A stretch of DNA of 64,000 bases, taken from IMG/VR virus record IMGVR_UViG_3300047471_001174. One strand, given 5' to 3'. Within the stretch, counting starts at the first letter, position 1. Each line of letters opens with the position of its first letter. A model generated the notes under the pieces. The model was given only the letters and a program-made list of their open reading frames with translations. It was not told where the DNA came from and searched no databases. Position numbers and translations under genes: made by a program. The stretch is from an uncultured virus (IMG/VR IMGVR_UViG_3300047471_001174) (taxonomy: Duplodnaviria; Heunggongvirae; Uroviricota; Caudoviricetes). Positions 19,437 to 29,744 of this stretch are shown piece by piece.

Positions 19437-20348
19437 TCAAGTAATCGTGAAGGTGTCGCCGCTGACAGGAGCGGCCGTCAGGGGGGTGACTGTAAACACG
19501 CCGCCCGACGTGTTGCTGATGATGTTCGTTCCTTGGCCTCTCAAAGCAACAGTTGTCGTATCCTTGTCGAAGATGATGATTCGCTGGAAGAACTGATTGG
19601 CACCCGAGGCGGCCGGCGACAGGCTGGACGTCACGATGCTGGACGTCGAACTGCCAACGCCCACTGTAGCGATACCGATCGCACGTGCCGATCGATCCAG
19701 TCGAGCGGCTCCGCCCGTGTTACCGGCGATTTCTTCAATGTCCGATTTCATGTTGCCGTTTGCGCTCAGGGCTGACGGAATCCTGGCAGTAAGGCTGGCA
19801 ATTGTTGCCCCAGAGAACGCCGTCGAGTCGGAAAGAATCACGGGCAACACAGCCGCGGCAATTGTCGCGGGCGTTGCCAGCGGATTGGGGGCTGTCCCGA
19901 GGAAGTCTTCGACGTCCACTTTCGGGTAATGGCTTGCATCGACTCCAATACCCGCACTGTCCCCGGCCCATTGGACCACATTGACGTCAGTCGCCGCACC
20001 TGAGCTGTTGACCAGGGGCAGACCGCTGACCGCTCCGGCCGCGTGGTCCGGAATAGACCCAGCAAAGAAGTCTTTCGTGTCCCTCCAAACAATGGCGTTA
20101 TCCGTGATGGAGCTGACTGTGGCGGTGATCATGATCGACGCCATGTCATTCAAAGCCAGCGTCGGCAATGTGACTTGTGCTGTGTATTTGCCTGTGGCCA
20201 AATGGGTGATCGTGACAGTCGCACCGTTGAGAACCCCGTTTACGTAGAGCGCTCCGGCCGGCAGAGAATCTGCGTCAGACTGCACTCCCGTTGCAAAAGC
20301 ACGAACGGTAAACGCAATAGTAACTGATTGGGCTGACCTGACGCTCAT
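19437..20348 (-). CDS. Putative virion fibre/structural protein
   Basis: 303 aa, T/S/A-rich; ends TAAPVSGDTFTI. Confidence 0.6.
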   Translation of the reverse strand: MSVRSAQSVTIAFTVRAFATGVQSDADSLPAGALYVNGVLNGATVTITHLATGKYTAQVTLPTLALNDMASIMITATVSSITDNAIVWRDTKDFFAGSIPDHAAGAVSGLPLVNSSGAATDVNVVQWAGDSAGIGVDASHYPKVDVEDFLGTAPNPLATPATIAAAVLPVILSDSTAFSGATIASLTARIPSALSANGNMKSDIEEIAGNTGGAARLDRSARAIGIATVGVGSSTSSIVTSSLSPAASGANQFFQRIIIFDKDTTTVALRGQGTNIISNTSGGVFTVTPLTAAPVSGDTFTIT

Positions 20349-22042
20349 AACATGCCTCTTCCTTGAATAATGCTCGACTCGAAAAGAGATCCACCACCGC
20401 CGCCGCCGCCACCTCCACCTGCATCGGTATGCTGTGCAGCCCCCACATCCAGCTTCGTTGAGGTGCTCACGCCTGGAAAGGCTCCAATGGCGCCCAGTGC
20501 ACGCAAGAGAGCGCCGCCGCCGGCCGTTGAATTGAGCGAGAAGTCACCTCCGGCCGAATTGTTGAACGGGTTCGCTGACAAAGTAATGTTACCAAGCTGC
20601 GAGTCGAGTGAAATGTTAGTCGCAAAATTAGGCGTGTTGCTGCCAGCCGCACAATTGAGGAGAAGCATGATGTTTGTCGCGGCGGTGCAATTGTACCCGA
20701 CTCCCGTGTTGCCGTAACTAAGGCAATTCACGCAGGTCACGTTGACGTTGATCGCCAGGGCGGCAGCACGAAAACCGTCACCAGCATTCCCGAAAGCCGT
20801 GCAATTGATAAACACTCCGAGAAAGCCTGATGAAAAGAATCCGTGGCCGCTCCCCCCGCTGTTGTTTACTGACAGGCAACCTACAGCCATCGGCACGTTT
20901 ACGATGCCTCCAAACGAGTTTGACCATGCGACGCAGAAAATAATCGGACCGCTTCCGATTATGGTGTTGCTGGTTGTGCAGCCGGTTGTATCGCACAGAA
21001 CAGCACCGCCAGCGCCTGCGTTGATTCCGCTCGCCGTGCAATTTTTTGCCGTCACATAATAGGCGCGGAGTACGTTGATTCCGGTCGATGTCGTCTTCAA
21101 CGCGCCATCAACAATGAGGAAATTCGCGAGTGATTGACCGGTCGCCTTAACAAGCGTAAAGGCCGAAATCGCACCGCTTGCCTGCAGGATTGGCCTGGTA
21201 CTGCCCGTTGGATTGTCGGTCCTCAAAGCGCTGTACCCTATGACAGTCGTCATCTGTGAGTTCGCCGTGGCATTGGGCAACGTTATGCAACCGCCGCTCA
21301 CGTTACCGGTGGCCGATGTGATCGAATAGGTGTTGTTGCCTTTGATGTAGACATGGTTCCCGGCAACCATGTTTGCGCCGGCCTGACCGGGCGACAAGAG
21401 ACAGCCGCCAACCGTAACCGTAACGCTCGACCCGCTGGCGAGCACCGCACCACCTGTCACCGTGCACGAGACACCAGCCGTCACTGCCGTCACTTCATAA
21501 ATTCCAGTCGTGTTACCGCCGCCGCTGATAAACAGCCCGTTGCCGAGCCACGACTTCGCCGCTGATGCTGTGGTGACAGTTGTGGTGGCTGTCGTTGTGG
21601 CCGTGCTTGTCGTAAACGAAGCGGTCCCGGCCTGAGAGTAGTCGACTCCACCAGTCCCCGAGGCTGTCCCAGATACGTACGAGCCGTTAACGCAACCAGC
21701 GACAGTATTGACCGCATACGGCCCGGGTGTTGAGTAGAGGACCGCGGCGCCGATAGCAGCGTTTACTGTCGCAACGCCAGCGGCGACTGACGTGATTTTG
21801 TACCAGCCGGGAAGCCAATTCGTTCCCGATTGAATGAAAACCCAAGACCCCACGTCACCGGCCACGAACGTGTAACTAGCAGACGAGATCTTGTAGACAC
21901 CAGGGGTAGTCGTGTCGCACGATAAATTCGTGAGAAAATTGGCGCTGCCCGGATTGAACCATCCAGAATTCAAATCGTTTCCCGCGTTCCCATCGGAACC
22001 CAGCGGGGCGACTTCCAAGCATCCAGCGGCTGCAAGAGCCAT
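20345..22042 (-). CDS. Right-handed beta-helix (pectin lyase-like) fibre/spike protein
   Basis: Repeats NCTAFGNAGDGF and NCLSYGNTGVGY; GDFSL...LDVGAAQ C-terminal motif; poly-Gly tail. Confidence 0.7.
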   Translation of the reverse strand: MALAAAGCLEVAPLGSDGNAGNDLNSGWFNPGSANFLTNLSCDTTTPGVYKISSASYTFVAGDVGSWVFIQSGTNWLPGWYKITSVAAGVATVNAAIGAAVLYSTPGPYAVNTVAGCVNGSYVSGTASGTGGVDYSQAGTASFTTSTATTTATTTVTTASAAKSWLGNGLFISGGGNTTGIYEVTAVTAGVSCTVTGGAVLASGSSVTVTVGGCLLSPGQAGANMVAGNHVYIKGNNTYSITSATGNVSGGCITLPNATANSQMTTVIGYSALRTDNPTGSTRPILQASGAISAFTLVKATGQSLANFLIVDGALKTTSTGINVLRAYYVTAKNCTASGINAGAGGAVLCDTTGCTTSNTIIGSGPIIFCVAWSNSFGGIVNVPMAVGCLSVNNSGGSGHGFFSSGFLGVFINCTAFGNAGDGFRAAALAINVNVTCVNCLSYGNTGVGYNCTAATNIMLLLNCAAGSNTPNFATNISLDSQLGNITLSANPFNNSAGGDFSLNSTAGGGALLRALGAIGAFPGVSTSTKLDVGAAQHTDAGGGGGGGGGGSLFESSIIQGRGML

Positions 22043-22356
22043 TAGTACTTCTCCAAAGAAAATCCGGCAGGCAATTTTCCGTTAAACAACGACTTAAAGA
22101 ACGCTCTGGCCTCTGATTTTGTTCTTGCCAAACACCCGTCATCCGGGCGTTGTGGGGATCGCCACCGCGGCATTGTTTGCATCGCTGGCACTGACTGGGT
22201 GTTATTCAATTTCTTGTTTTGAGGCGGGGCAGCTACAGCCTGCAACGCTTTAACGGCGGCGTCAGGCAGGCTCTGTTTGACTGATTCGGGTAGTTTTGAA
22301 ATATCAACGCCATTCGGGAAAAACCGAACAGCTCCGAGATTTGATTTGTCTGCCAT
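22042..22356 (-). CDS. Hypothetical protein (104 aa)
   Basis: Coupled ORF. Confidence 0.65.
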   Translation of the reverse strand: MADKSNLGAVRFFPNGVDISKLPESVKQSLPDAAVKALQAVAAPPQNKKLNNTQSVPAMQTMPRWRSPQRPDDGCLARTKSEARAFFKSLFNGKLPAGFSLEKY

Positions 22357-22481
22357 TACTTGCCGTCCTCGATGATTTTCATGAAGTCACGAATGCCGCC
22401 CGATCGGCCTCGATTATAGCCGTACAAGTAGGCAGACAGCCACAGAGTTACGGTCATAACGCAAAATGTGAGTTCAACCAT
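22356..22481 (-). CDS. 41-aa single-pass membrane protein (below the ORF-track cutoff)
   Basis: Translated by hand: MVELTFCVMTVTLWLSAYLYGYNRGRSGGIRDFMKIIEDGK. GAGGAG RBS; TAATG overlap with the next gene. Confidence 0.65.
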   Translation of the reverse strand: MVELTFCVMTVTLWLSAYLYGYNRGRSGGIRDFMKIIEDGK

Positions 22482-22509
22482 GTCGAGTCTCCTCGAGCAA
22501 AAGTGGCGT

Positions 22510-25500
22510 TTAATTCATGGTCAGCGTGTAGTAGCTCACGAGTTCTTTGGGATTGTCCGTGTCGACTTTATAAAAACCGAACAACTCGAATATGTGCAGA
22601 GTTTTGGTGATGGAGTTGTAGTAGATCCTGACGTCTTGCCCATAACCCAAATCCGGATATGGGGTCGTGTCCAGGTTCCCGAACTGCCAGATTTTTCCGG
22701 TAGGCACTCGCCAGACACCGTTGACGTCCTGAGTGATCTCGGCCATTGCCATCCCGCGACCGCCTGGCACGAATGCCCTGCCGACTCCGTATACTTTGCT
22801 CCCGACTACGAACATATTCGACCACCACTCCATCACGTTGAACCCAGCCGGGAACCAGCCGCTCATGTCCAACTCTGAGTAGTCCAGGGATGCGTCGAAT
22901 GACGTCCCGTCCGTTGACGTACTCACCCGGCTGATGGCCACCTCTTGGTTCGCCAAGTGGTAAGCAATCCAGCCGGTTAGCCCCGGCAGCTCTCCTGGAG
23001 CAAATATCGTCGCGTACCCTGTGTGGTCGACGGCGTAGGGAGGCCCCACTGACGGGTATGGGTGCGAGACGCCGCCCGAGCCCGGGATCGGAAAAGTCGG
23101 AATCATCACGCCCCGGTTGGTCCATGTGACCAGATCGCTGGAGTCGTACATGACCGTTTCTTGGATGCCGCTGGCAATGCCCGAACCGGATGGGCCACCG
23201 CTTTGAATTTCTGAATGGACGTAGCAGCGTACCTTTGAGTTGGCTGCGTCCCAGCAGAACATGCCGGCTTCCACGTCAACGGAGACACGGTCTGGCCAAC
23301 CGTCGCTGGAGTGATAGGTCGCGTTACCCGGTATAACCTGGGTCCATGACACCGGCTTGATTGACGGACTTGAGGAGAAGCCCATGTAGACCCCGTCGCC
23401 CGTGCTCAGCGGATGGTCCGCCGTCAGCATCCAAATGTAGTCACCGTGGACATTGGCCAGTGACGGACTCCAGTCGCGCAAACGTCGACAGTTGCACCAG
23501 AACAATCCTTCCGATCCGAGCTCATTGGTCGTGATGAAGCTGGAATTGACAAGAGTAACATTCGAGAAAGGCGCTGGCCCGGCGCTTGTGTCGGCCGCAA
23601 ATGTGTTAGCGTTGAACGGCAGCAGAGCTCCGCGATTGTGCGCCTTCAGGATCTGATTGTCTGTCATCGCCCCCTGCGGACCGCGGGAAAACATGGCCTG
23701 TTGCATGTAGCCGCTCATGATTCCGCTCTGACTAAATCCTCCCAGCGAGATTCCTGTACAGAATGAGAACGTGGCGCGAGCCGTAATTGACGCTTCCGCC
23801 CGGACCAGGTTGTTCGATGAGTCGACTACGACAACGAACTGAACGTTGCGGGCTGCGTCCACGCCCCACGCGACGCTGTAGATTTGGTTCGCCACGATTG
23901 TCGTATTATTGAACGTCGTGGTGATGACCGAGGCAACGGGGGATGTGTGGTCGTACGTTTGGATTTTGAACTTGTGTGTATTATCCGCGCCACAGAAATA
24001 GCTGTTGGCTCTGGCGAAGCAATAGGACGCCCCTGTCGGAAGGGTGGAGTACCGGACGCGGGCGAACGCGGTCCACGAGCCCAACCCGCCGACGTAACGC
24101 GAGATTTCCAACTGCCCAGCGGAGTCCGCGTTAGGAACCGACAACGATGGAAGCGTGCCGAATGATCCTGAACCGTCAAAGAACGCCATGACTGTGCTGC
24201 TAGGACCGACGGCCGCGCTGGATACGTTGGTGAAGTTGTCCAGCAGGTTGATTACCGCCGGATTCTCTGACGTGCCCGCAGGCATGGAATCCGCACGTGT
24301 CCCGGACGAGATCGCTTCCGTGAGCTGCCACCAATTGTCGAGGCCAGTGAACTTCAGTACGTCTTCGAAGCCCGTTAGTTGTCCGGCGGGATTCTGAATG
24401 ATCGTCCAATTGGTCGGCTTTCCATTTGTGGTCAGTGATCCATAGAACGTCGCGGTTCCCAGGTCGATATTGCTCTTGTAAAGCGTTAATGCCGTAGCCG
24501 ACGTGGCCGCGGTTCCAGTGAGGTTCTCGGAGATCGCGGTCGGAACATTTACGATTGTCGTGTGATCCAAAACATTCAGGTCACAAGACAAACCCTTGAA
24601 CTGAGCATCGACACCCTCGGTGGCGCTTGCTGCGACATGCGTAATCGAGTTGTTTCTGTAGATGTTGCCGATGAAAACGGATGTCTCGCCTGCCAGCAGC
24701 CCATCATTGCCGTACATTCTCAACGCTGATTTCTTGACCCCTGTGAACGTGCCGTTCTGGTAAAGGTTCCACATGCTGGGGAAAGACAACTGCGGACTGA
24801 CACCGAACCTTGACCATGTCCCGTAGGCATAGGTAGTGCCGGAGCAGGTTGTCTTGTCTACGACGCAGTCCAACGCCCCACCAAAGAACTGCACAGCCAC
24901 GGCCGCTGTGACGTTGGTATCGTTGACTTGTAACGTGTTGTTGTAGATGAACGCCCTGGAGACGATTCCGAAGATGTTCACAATTGAAGTCGCGTCTGGC
25001 TGTAGTAACCACGGATGATCGATCACGATCTCTCCAGTGGTCGCGTTCGTGCTCACGACGTTCGCCCACTGCCCCTGGCCAGTCCCACCTGAGATATGCA
25101 TCTGTCTATTGCCATCCCACGCAGAATTGATGCTAGCGGGCGCGATGAACAATGAGTTGGGAGACGCGGATACCACGGGTCCGCTGAAGGACTCATGGTT
25201 CTGCTCAAAGCAGATCTGCTCGCCCTTATTCGTGTCCCCGGAACTGTCCTGCATGTTGGTGGTAGTATTGCCGCCGATGTACAAGCAGTCTGCCCAGCTC
25301 TGCGACCCGAAGAAAAGACGTCCTTCAGTGTGAAACGCGACCGGATCAATCAGACTGCACGGGCAGTTCCTCATGATCACGTAGGCGCCGCCCCACAGTG
25401 AGACCGGGCCTCCGCTGTTTAGATCCAGACCGCATAGCAACGTGCAGGTGTCGATCAGAACGTTGTTAGTATGGTTTCCGAATACAGCATATGCTCCGGT

Positions 25501-26721
25501 CTTGAAGGTGCAGTTCATGAGAACCATCCCGGTGCCGGCGGCCGGAACGTTGCAGCACCCTCCGCCGCCTGCCGATCCGTCTCCAGCCGCCAGATGCACG
25601 TCAATCGTGCAGTTCACGAAATAAACGCACCCGGTTATGCCGACGAAGGTGTTGCCAAACGTTCCGGTCGCGCACGTCAAACTGACGCCGTCCATCTTGC
25701 CTTGTTGGTTCCCCAGCCACGTAATGGCGAATCCGCTATTGAATCCCGTTGTCGTCGCCAACGTCGTATTGGTCCCCTTGAAACAAATTGAATTGCCAGC
25801 AGCCCCATTAGGGATGAGCTTCGCCGAGAACAGATACGTCGCGTTACTGTTGAACAAGATCGTGGTAGGTCCACCGTGTGCTGCACAAGCCGCAATCCCT
25901 GTTGTGATCGCCGCCGTGTCATCGCCTCCGGATGGTGCACCCATCGTATAAACAAAGGCACTGTAATTGATCCCAAGGGCCGTCGTCGTTGTGATGACCA
26001 ACTGCTGCGGGCACAGTGACCAACCGTAGATCCCACCGTGCCAATTGTGGCACCAGACGTTATATGTCCCTGTCGCTACAGCCGGGATGGTCGCTGTGAC
26101 CAAATAGGGGTCGACATACGTCGTAGTCAGATATCGCCCGCCTGAGCCGCTTACCGGGATCAGATAAACGCCGCAGTTAGGCGACCCTGCGTTGTTAGAG
26201 AGATTGCGACCACCAATGTACAGCACATCGGTGCCGTCTCCGATGCCCGATTGACCTCCGGTAGATAGGGTCTGTAGCCAGCACGCCTCTGTTTTGTTGA
26301 TCGCGACCGGCAAGCTGCGTCCGTGGGAGTTCTGTGCCCACAGAATATACATGCTGTTCGCCGGCAACGAGGGACTTGTCGCTATCGACGCGCGACCGGT
26401 GGTCTGCGCCAGCGACGTCGCGGCGACCAATGTGGCGTTGCCGCTATTGGTCTGACCGAACATGGAAAACGTGTCAGTAGAGCCGAGTTGAGCGGCCATC
26501 AGGCTCAACGCGTTGTCAGGCCCAGCCTGCTTGTTGTAGGCGTATACAATCGGCGCCAAACCGCTGGCTGACCCACTCATGGTCGGCGAAAATACGTCAG
26601 AACCGACGGGCAACGCCGGATTATCTGCCGGCGCTACCGCGACAAGCGTTGGAAATATCCCACCGCCACCGCCGCCACCGCCACCGCCAGTGGTCTGCAT
26701 AACTAAAACGCTGTTAGGCAT
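22510..26721 (-). CDS. Large multidomain tailspike/depolymerase (beta-helix, LamG/ConA-like, propeller glycosidase-like)
   Basis: GGDDTAAI start of a pectate-lyase-like helix; NWWQLTE...RAD LamG-like segment; C-terminal SSDLVTW and STDGTSF Asp-box-like motifs. Confidence 0.65.
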   Translation of the reverse strand: MPNSVLVMQTTGGGGGGGGGGIFPTLVAVAPADNPALPVGSDVFSPTMSGSASGLAPIVYAYNKQAGPDNALSLMAAQLGSTDTFSMFGQTNSGNATLVAATSLAQTTGRASIATSPSLPANSMYILWAQNSHGRSLPVAINKTEACWLQTLSTGGQSGIGDGTDVLYIGGRNLSNNAGSPNCGVYLIPVSGSGGRYLTTTYVDPYLVTATIPAVATGTYNVWCHNWHGGIYGWSLCPQQLVITTTTALGINYSAFVYTMGAPSGGDDTAAITTGIAACAAHGGPTTILFNSNATYLFSAKLIPNGAAGNSICFKGTNTTLATTTGFNSGFAITWLGNQQGKMDGVSLTCATGTFGNTFVGITGCVYFVNCTIDVHLAAGDGSAGGGGCCNVPAAGTGMVLMNCTFKTGAYAVFGNHTNNVLIDTCTLLCGLDLNSGGPVSLWGGAYVIMRNCPCSLIDPVAFHTEGRLFFGSQSWADCLYIGGNTTTNMQDSSGDTNKGEQICFEQNHESFSGPVVSASPNSLFIAPASINSAWDGNRQMHISGGTGQGQWANVVSTNATTGEIVIDHPWLLQPDATSIVNIFGIVSRAFIYNNTLQVNDTNVTAAVAVQFFGGALDCVVDKTTCSGTTYAYGTWSRFGVSPQLSFPSMWNLYQNGTFTGVKKSALRMYGNDGLLAGETSVFIGNIYRNNSITHVAASATEGVDAQFKGLSCDLNVLDHTTIVNVPTAISENLTGTAATSATALTLYKSNIDLGTATFYGSLTTNGKPTNWTIIQNPAGQLTGFEDVLKFTGLDNWWQLTEAISSGTRADSMPAGTSENPAVINLLDNFTNVSSAAVGPSSTVMAFFDGSGSFGTLPSLSVPNADSAGQLEISRYVGGLGSWTAFARVRYSTLPTGASYCFARANSYFCGADNTHKFKIQTYDHTSPVASVITTTFNNTTIVANQIYSVAWGVDAARNVQFVVVVDSSNNLVRAEASITARATFSFCTGISLGGFSQSGIMSGYMQQAMFSRGPQGAMTDNQILKAHNRGALLPFNANTFAADTSAGPAPFSNVTLVNSSFITTNELGSEGLFWCNCRRLRDWSPSLANVHGDYIWMLTADHPLSTGDGVYMGFSSSPSIKPVSWTQVIPGNATYHSSDGWPDRVSVDVEAGMFCWDAANSKVRCYVHSEIQSGGPSGSGIASGIQETVMYDSSDLVTWTNRGVMIPTFPIPGSGGVSHPYPSVGPPYAVDHTGYATIFAPGELPGLTGWIAYHLANQEVAISRVSTSTDGTSFDASLDYSELDMSGWFPAGFNVMEWWSNMFVVGSKVYGVGRAFVPGGRGMAMAEITQDVNGVWRVPTGKIWQFGNLDTTPYPDLGYGQDVRIYYNSITKTLHIFELFGFYKVDTDNPKELVSYYTLTMN

Positions 26722-26746
26722 TCGTGTCTTCTTTCAACTCGTTGAA

Positions 26747-27745
26747 TTACCAGCCCCAGCCCAGACCGCCGGCACCATTGTAAAGGCCAGCCCAGCGGTA
26801 CTCTGATCCGGCGATGCCCATTGCCCGTTGAGCGTTAACCGAGACCTTCTTGGTGATCGTGAAATCACGCCATTGGCTTAACATCTGTTCGGCCGCCTGA
26901 ATGTACTGCTGTTCCTTGTTCATGTCGTCGATCGCCACCCCGGCTGCCTGGTAGGCCAACTGGTTTCGACGGTAGGTGTGGGCGGCCGTTTGTAGCAAGT
27001 ATCCTTGAATACCCCATAACCACGCCTCCTTGAAAGGAAATGTGTGGGTGCTGTACCGCGGCGGGACCGGAGGAGGGATGTCGTTCCATTCAATGATCGG
27101 TCGCGAGATGGCCATGCCCAGTTCGGCGTTGTCGAACTCAACTCGCTGCAACAGATTGTTTTCAACGAACGAGCTGTCTCGCATGGCCATGCGGATCTCG
27201 CTGAGGGTCGGGGGCCCCGGGTTGCTCATCGCGTCAGCGTCAAATAATGACCGGCTGATGCAGATGTAGGCCCGCTTCCCGAACATTTGAGCGGGACCAT
27301 TGAAGAGCCCCCAGTCAGTCACATAGACCCCGCTGCGGTTGTAAACCTGCGGAGGCACGGCTACCTGGATCTGGCCCTGGGCACTGCTCAGTACGGTGCC
27401 AGCTACCTCGATAAAGGGAGCCCCGCAGAGCGATTCACCGGTCACCTCGCCGAATCGGACACGGACAGGTGCCCCGTCATCGGCGTCGAGCAAGATGGAT
27501 GACGAACTGATGCCAAAATCTACGTTGGGCATGCAGCTCGTCAGGTCGATCGGGGTTCCGTCGTCGTTACGGACGGTAAAATTCAAGACAGCAGCAACGC
27601 CAGACGAGAATTCGAAGGCCTGCTCGCGTGTCAGGATTGGGCAGCCGTCGAGAGTCGACGTTGGCGCGGCTACGTTGTTCAAATCGTCGCATGTGACGTC
27701 TGATGCGGGCGAAGTCGCGCTATTCGGCGGGACGATAATTGGCAC
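26747..27745 (-). CDS. Putative head-tail adaptor/neck protein
   Basis: EIRMAMRD...NNLL and RNQLAYQAAGVAIDD..K motifs in a helical C-terminal domain; N-terminal BppU/Ig-like part (DDGTPIDLT). Confidence 0.55.
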   Translation of the reverse strand: MPIIVPPNSATSPASDVTCDDLNNVAAPTSTLDGCPILTREQAFEFSSGVAAVLNFTVRNDDGTPIDLTSCMPNVDFGISSSSILLDADDGAPVRVRFGEVTGESLCGAPFIEVAGTVLSSAQGQIQVAVPPQVYNRSGVYVTDWGLFNGPAQMFGKRAYICISRSLFDADAMSNPGPPTLSEIRMAMRDSSFVENNLLQRVEFDNAELGMAISRPIIEWNDIPPPVPPRYSTHTFPFKEAWLWGIQGYLLQTAAHTYRRNQLAYQAAGVAIDDMNKEQQYIQAAEQMLSQWRDFTITKKVSVNAQRAMGIAGSEYRWAGLYNGAGGLGWGW

Positions 27746-27801
27746 AGATGCATCCTTGCAGGCCAGTGGCTGGGTAGACTCAGAATACCAAATTCAACGG
27801 C

Positions 27802-29736
27802 TCATGCCAGTGTTGATAGCTGAAATACGGGTTTCGGATCTCCAGGTCGGTCCTTAAAACTGAAAATGGTCGAACAATCCATGCATCTGATCTGAATTGC
27901 CGCGGTGATCGTCTCGCCAGACGTAATTTCGACTTCTGATGTGACGTTTTGATGTCGACAGTGAGTCACGGACGGAGTTTTGCTCGCCAGTGCGGCCCGC
28001 AGAGTATCCATCTCCTGCTCTTCGAGTGATTTGACGGATTTTTCAGCCGTCTGCGGCTTGATCTCCTCTTTTTTGTCGCTCAAAACAGTCAGTGAGGGCC
28101 ATCTGGACGGCTTGTCAGGGCAATCTTCAGTCGCCCACAGGGCCTTGTCCTCTACCGGGCACGTGCAAATGCTGCAAATATCTCCATTGCGATGCGGGCA
28201 CATCAAACAGGCATGAAGACGCAGGTCGTAAACCGCCTCATCGACGTCTGGCTCACCCGCCATCTCGTATTTGAACCGGGCTTTGGTGTAATTTTTTGCC
28301 GACGTCCACCATGACGGCACTTCTCGCTTGTCTTTCGAGTCGCAAGAGAACACGTGCAGGCCGTTATTGTACGGGTGTGCTTCGACAGCCGTCCATCTTG
28401 TATGCGCACGAAGGAATTCACCCATCGCCAGGTTCATCCCGGGCTGCCCGTCGGCACCGGTATCCCCGTAGGTCGCCAATCCGGCGACGACAAGCCAGCG
28501 AGATGACCAGGTTTCGCAGTTTTTCAGGACTGCAGCGAGGTCGGCTGACGTTTTGCAGGCGCCGATGAAGAGCAAACTCGTCTCATGCGGCCGGTCCGGT
28601 AACCACATATCAGCGTCAATCGTGATTTCGTGGTTCATCCCTCTGGAGAACGCAGCCAATTTGCCGAACTGCTCGGTCGATCGTACGTAGCTCGTCACTT
28701 TGTCCGGTCTTCCGGACAGCAAAGCGACTGTTGACGGGCCCACTCGATCAACAACCTCGGTCACACGGTCACAATCCATGGCCAGTCGTCTGAGCGTCGA
28801 GCAATGTTCGTTGATGTAGCTCGTGTGCTGCACCACCTGGCGGTACATCGTCTCCAGGGACGGCGGTAAAACGGCCTGTGATTCGGCGATCGCCCGATCA
28901 AATTCAGCCTGGGACAGGACCGGACGGAACAGGTCCATCAAAATGTCCTGGTCGAGGGCCAGATTCTTGTACCAGATCAGGTAGTTTCGGAACTTGTCGA
29001 CCGTCATCGGCGGATTGGGATTGGGCAGCCAGTCACCGCGGAACAGGTGCCACCAACGAAGGAACGGCAGACAGAGCACGCGGTTTTTTCTCTGTCGAAA
29101 CACCTCGTGAATCATCCCCTCAGTGCCGCCAAAGCCTTTCAATCCCTCAGGGATCCCCGGCCAAGAAGCCTTGATGCAGGCACAAAGTCCCATACCGTGC
29201 ATGGGAATCTCGAACGGAGGTCCGTTTGGATCCTTGCTTCGCTCGTCCGTTTCCCAGACCCCGTACATGAAGTCAGTGCCCCACTTCTCGGCCAGGTGAT
29301 CATTGCGAGCGTCGCCCAGCTGATCGTAGAGCAGGGGTCCGTGCCATAGATCTCGGTTGAACGGGTTCGCTCGAGCAAAGGTCATCAGCTTTTGAAGGAC
29401 GCCAATCTCTAGCAGGACGTGCGAATCAATGGCGCAGACCACTTGGCCCGTTGCCTGGGAGAAGATCTCATTGTGCGGCGGGGCTGTCCCGACAGGGTCA
29501 GGAAAAGCCGAGTAGGTCACGCCAATCGACTCGCAAAACACTTTGAGTCTTTGCCCCTGCGGCGTGTAGGGCTTGTTATCGATGACCAGAATCTCGAGCT
29601 CGTCCGGCGTCATCCCGTGATGCATCCGCAAGCTTTGAATGGTCATTGCCGCCGTGGCGTAGTCGTCCGCTACGGCCATTCCCACGGTCAGTTTCTTAAG
29701 CTCGGCCGCAGCTATCTCACACGCAGTACAGGCCAT
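27802..29736 (-). CDS. GT-A (GT2-like) glycosyltransferase with a methyltransferase-like domain and a Cys cluster
   Basis: LTVGM...ILVIDN...CAIDSHVLL (DxH) and GFGGTEG; C-terminal CLMCPH...CSICTC...CP...W. Confidence 0.7.
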   Translation of the reverse strand: MACTACEIAAAELKKLTVGMAVADDYATAAMTIQSLRMHHGMTPDELEILVIDNKPYTPQGQRLKVFCESIGVTYSAFPDPVGTAPPHNEIFSQATGQVVCAIDSHVLLEIGVLQKLMTFARANPFNRDLWHGPLLYDQLGDARNDHLAEKWGTDFMYGVWETDERSKDPNGPPFEIPMHGMGLCACIKASWPGIPEGLKGFGGTEGMIHEVFRQRKNRVLCLPFLRWWHLFRGDWLPNPNPPMTVDKFRNYLIWYKNLALDQDILMDLFRPVLSQAEFDRAIAESQAVLPPSLETMYRQVVQHTSYINEHCSTLRRLAMDCDRVTEVVDRVGPSTVALLSGRPDKVTSYVRSTEQFGKLAAFSRGMNHEITIDADMWLPDRPHETSLLFIGACKTSADLAAVLKNCETWSSRWLVVAGLATYGDTGADGQPGMNLAMGEFLRAHTRWTAVEAHPYNNGLHVFSCDSKDKREVPSWWTSAKNYTKARFKYEMAGEPDVDEAVYDLRLHACLMCPHRNGDICSICTCPVEDKALWATEDCPDKPSRWPSLTVLSDKKEEIKPQTAEKSVKSLEEQEMDTLRAALASKTPSVTHCRHQNVTSEVEITSGETITAAIQIRCMDCSTIFSFKDRPGDPKPVFQLSTLA

Positions 29737-29744
29737 GATTGCTT

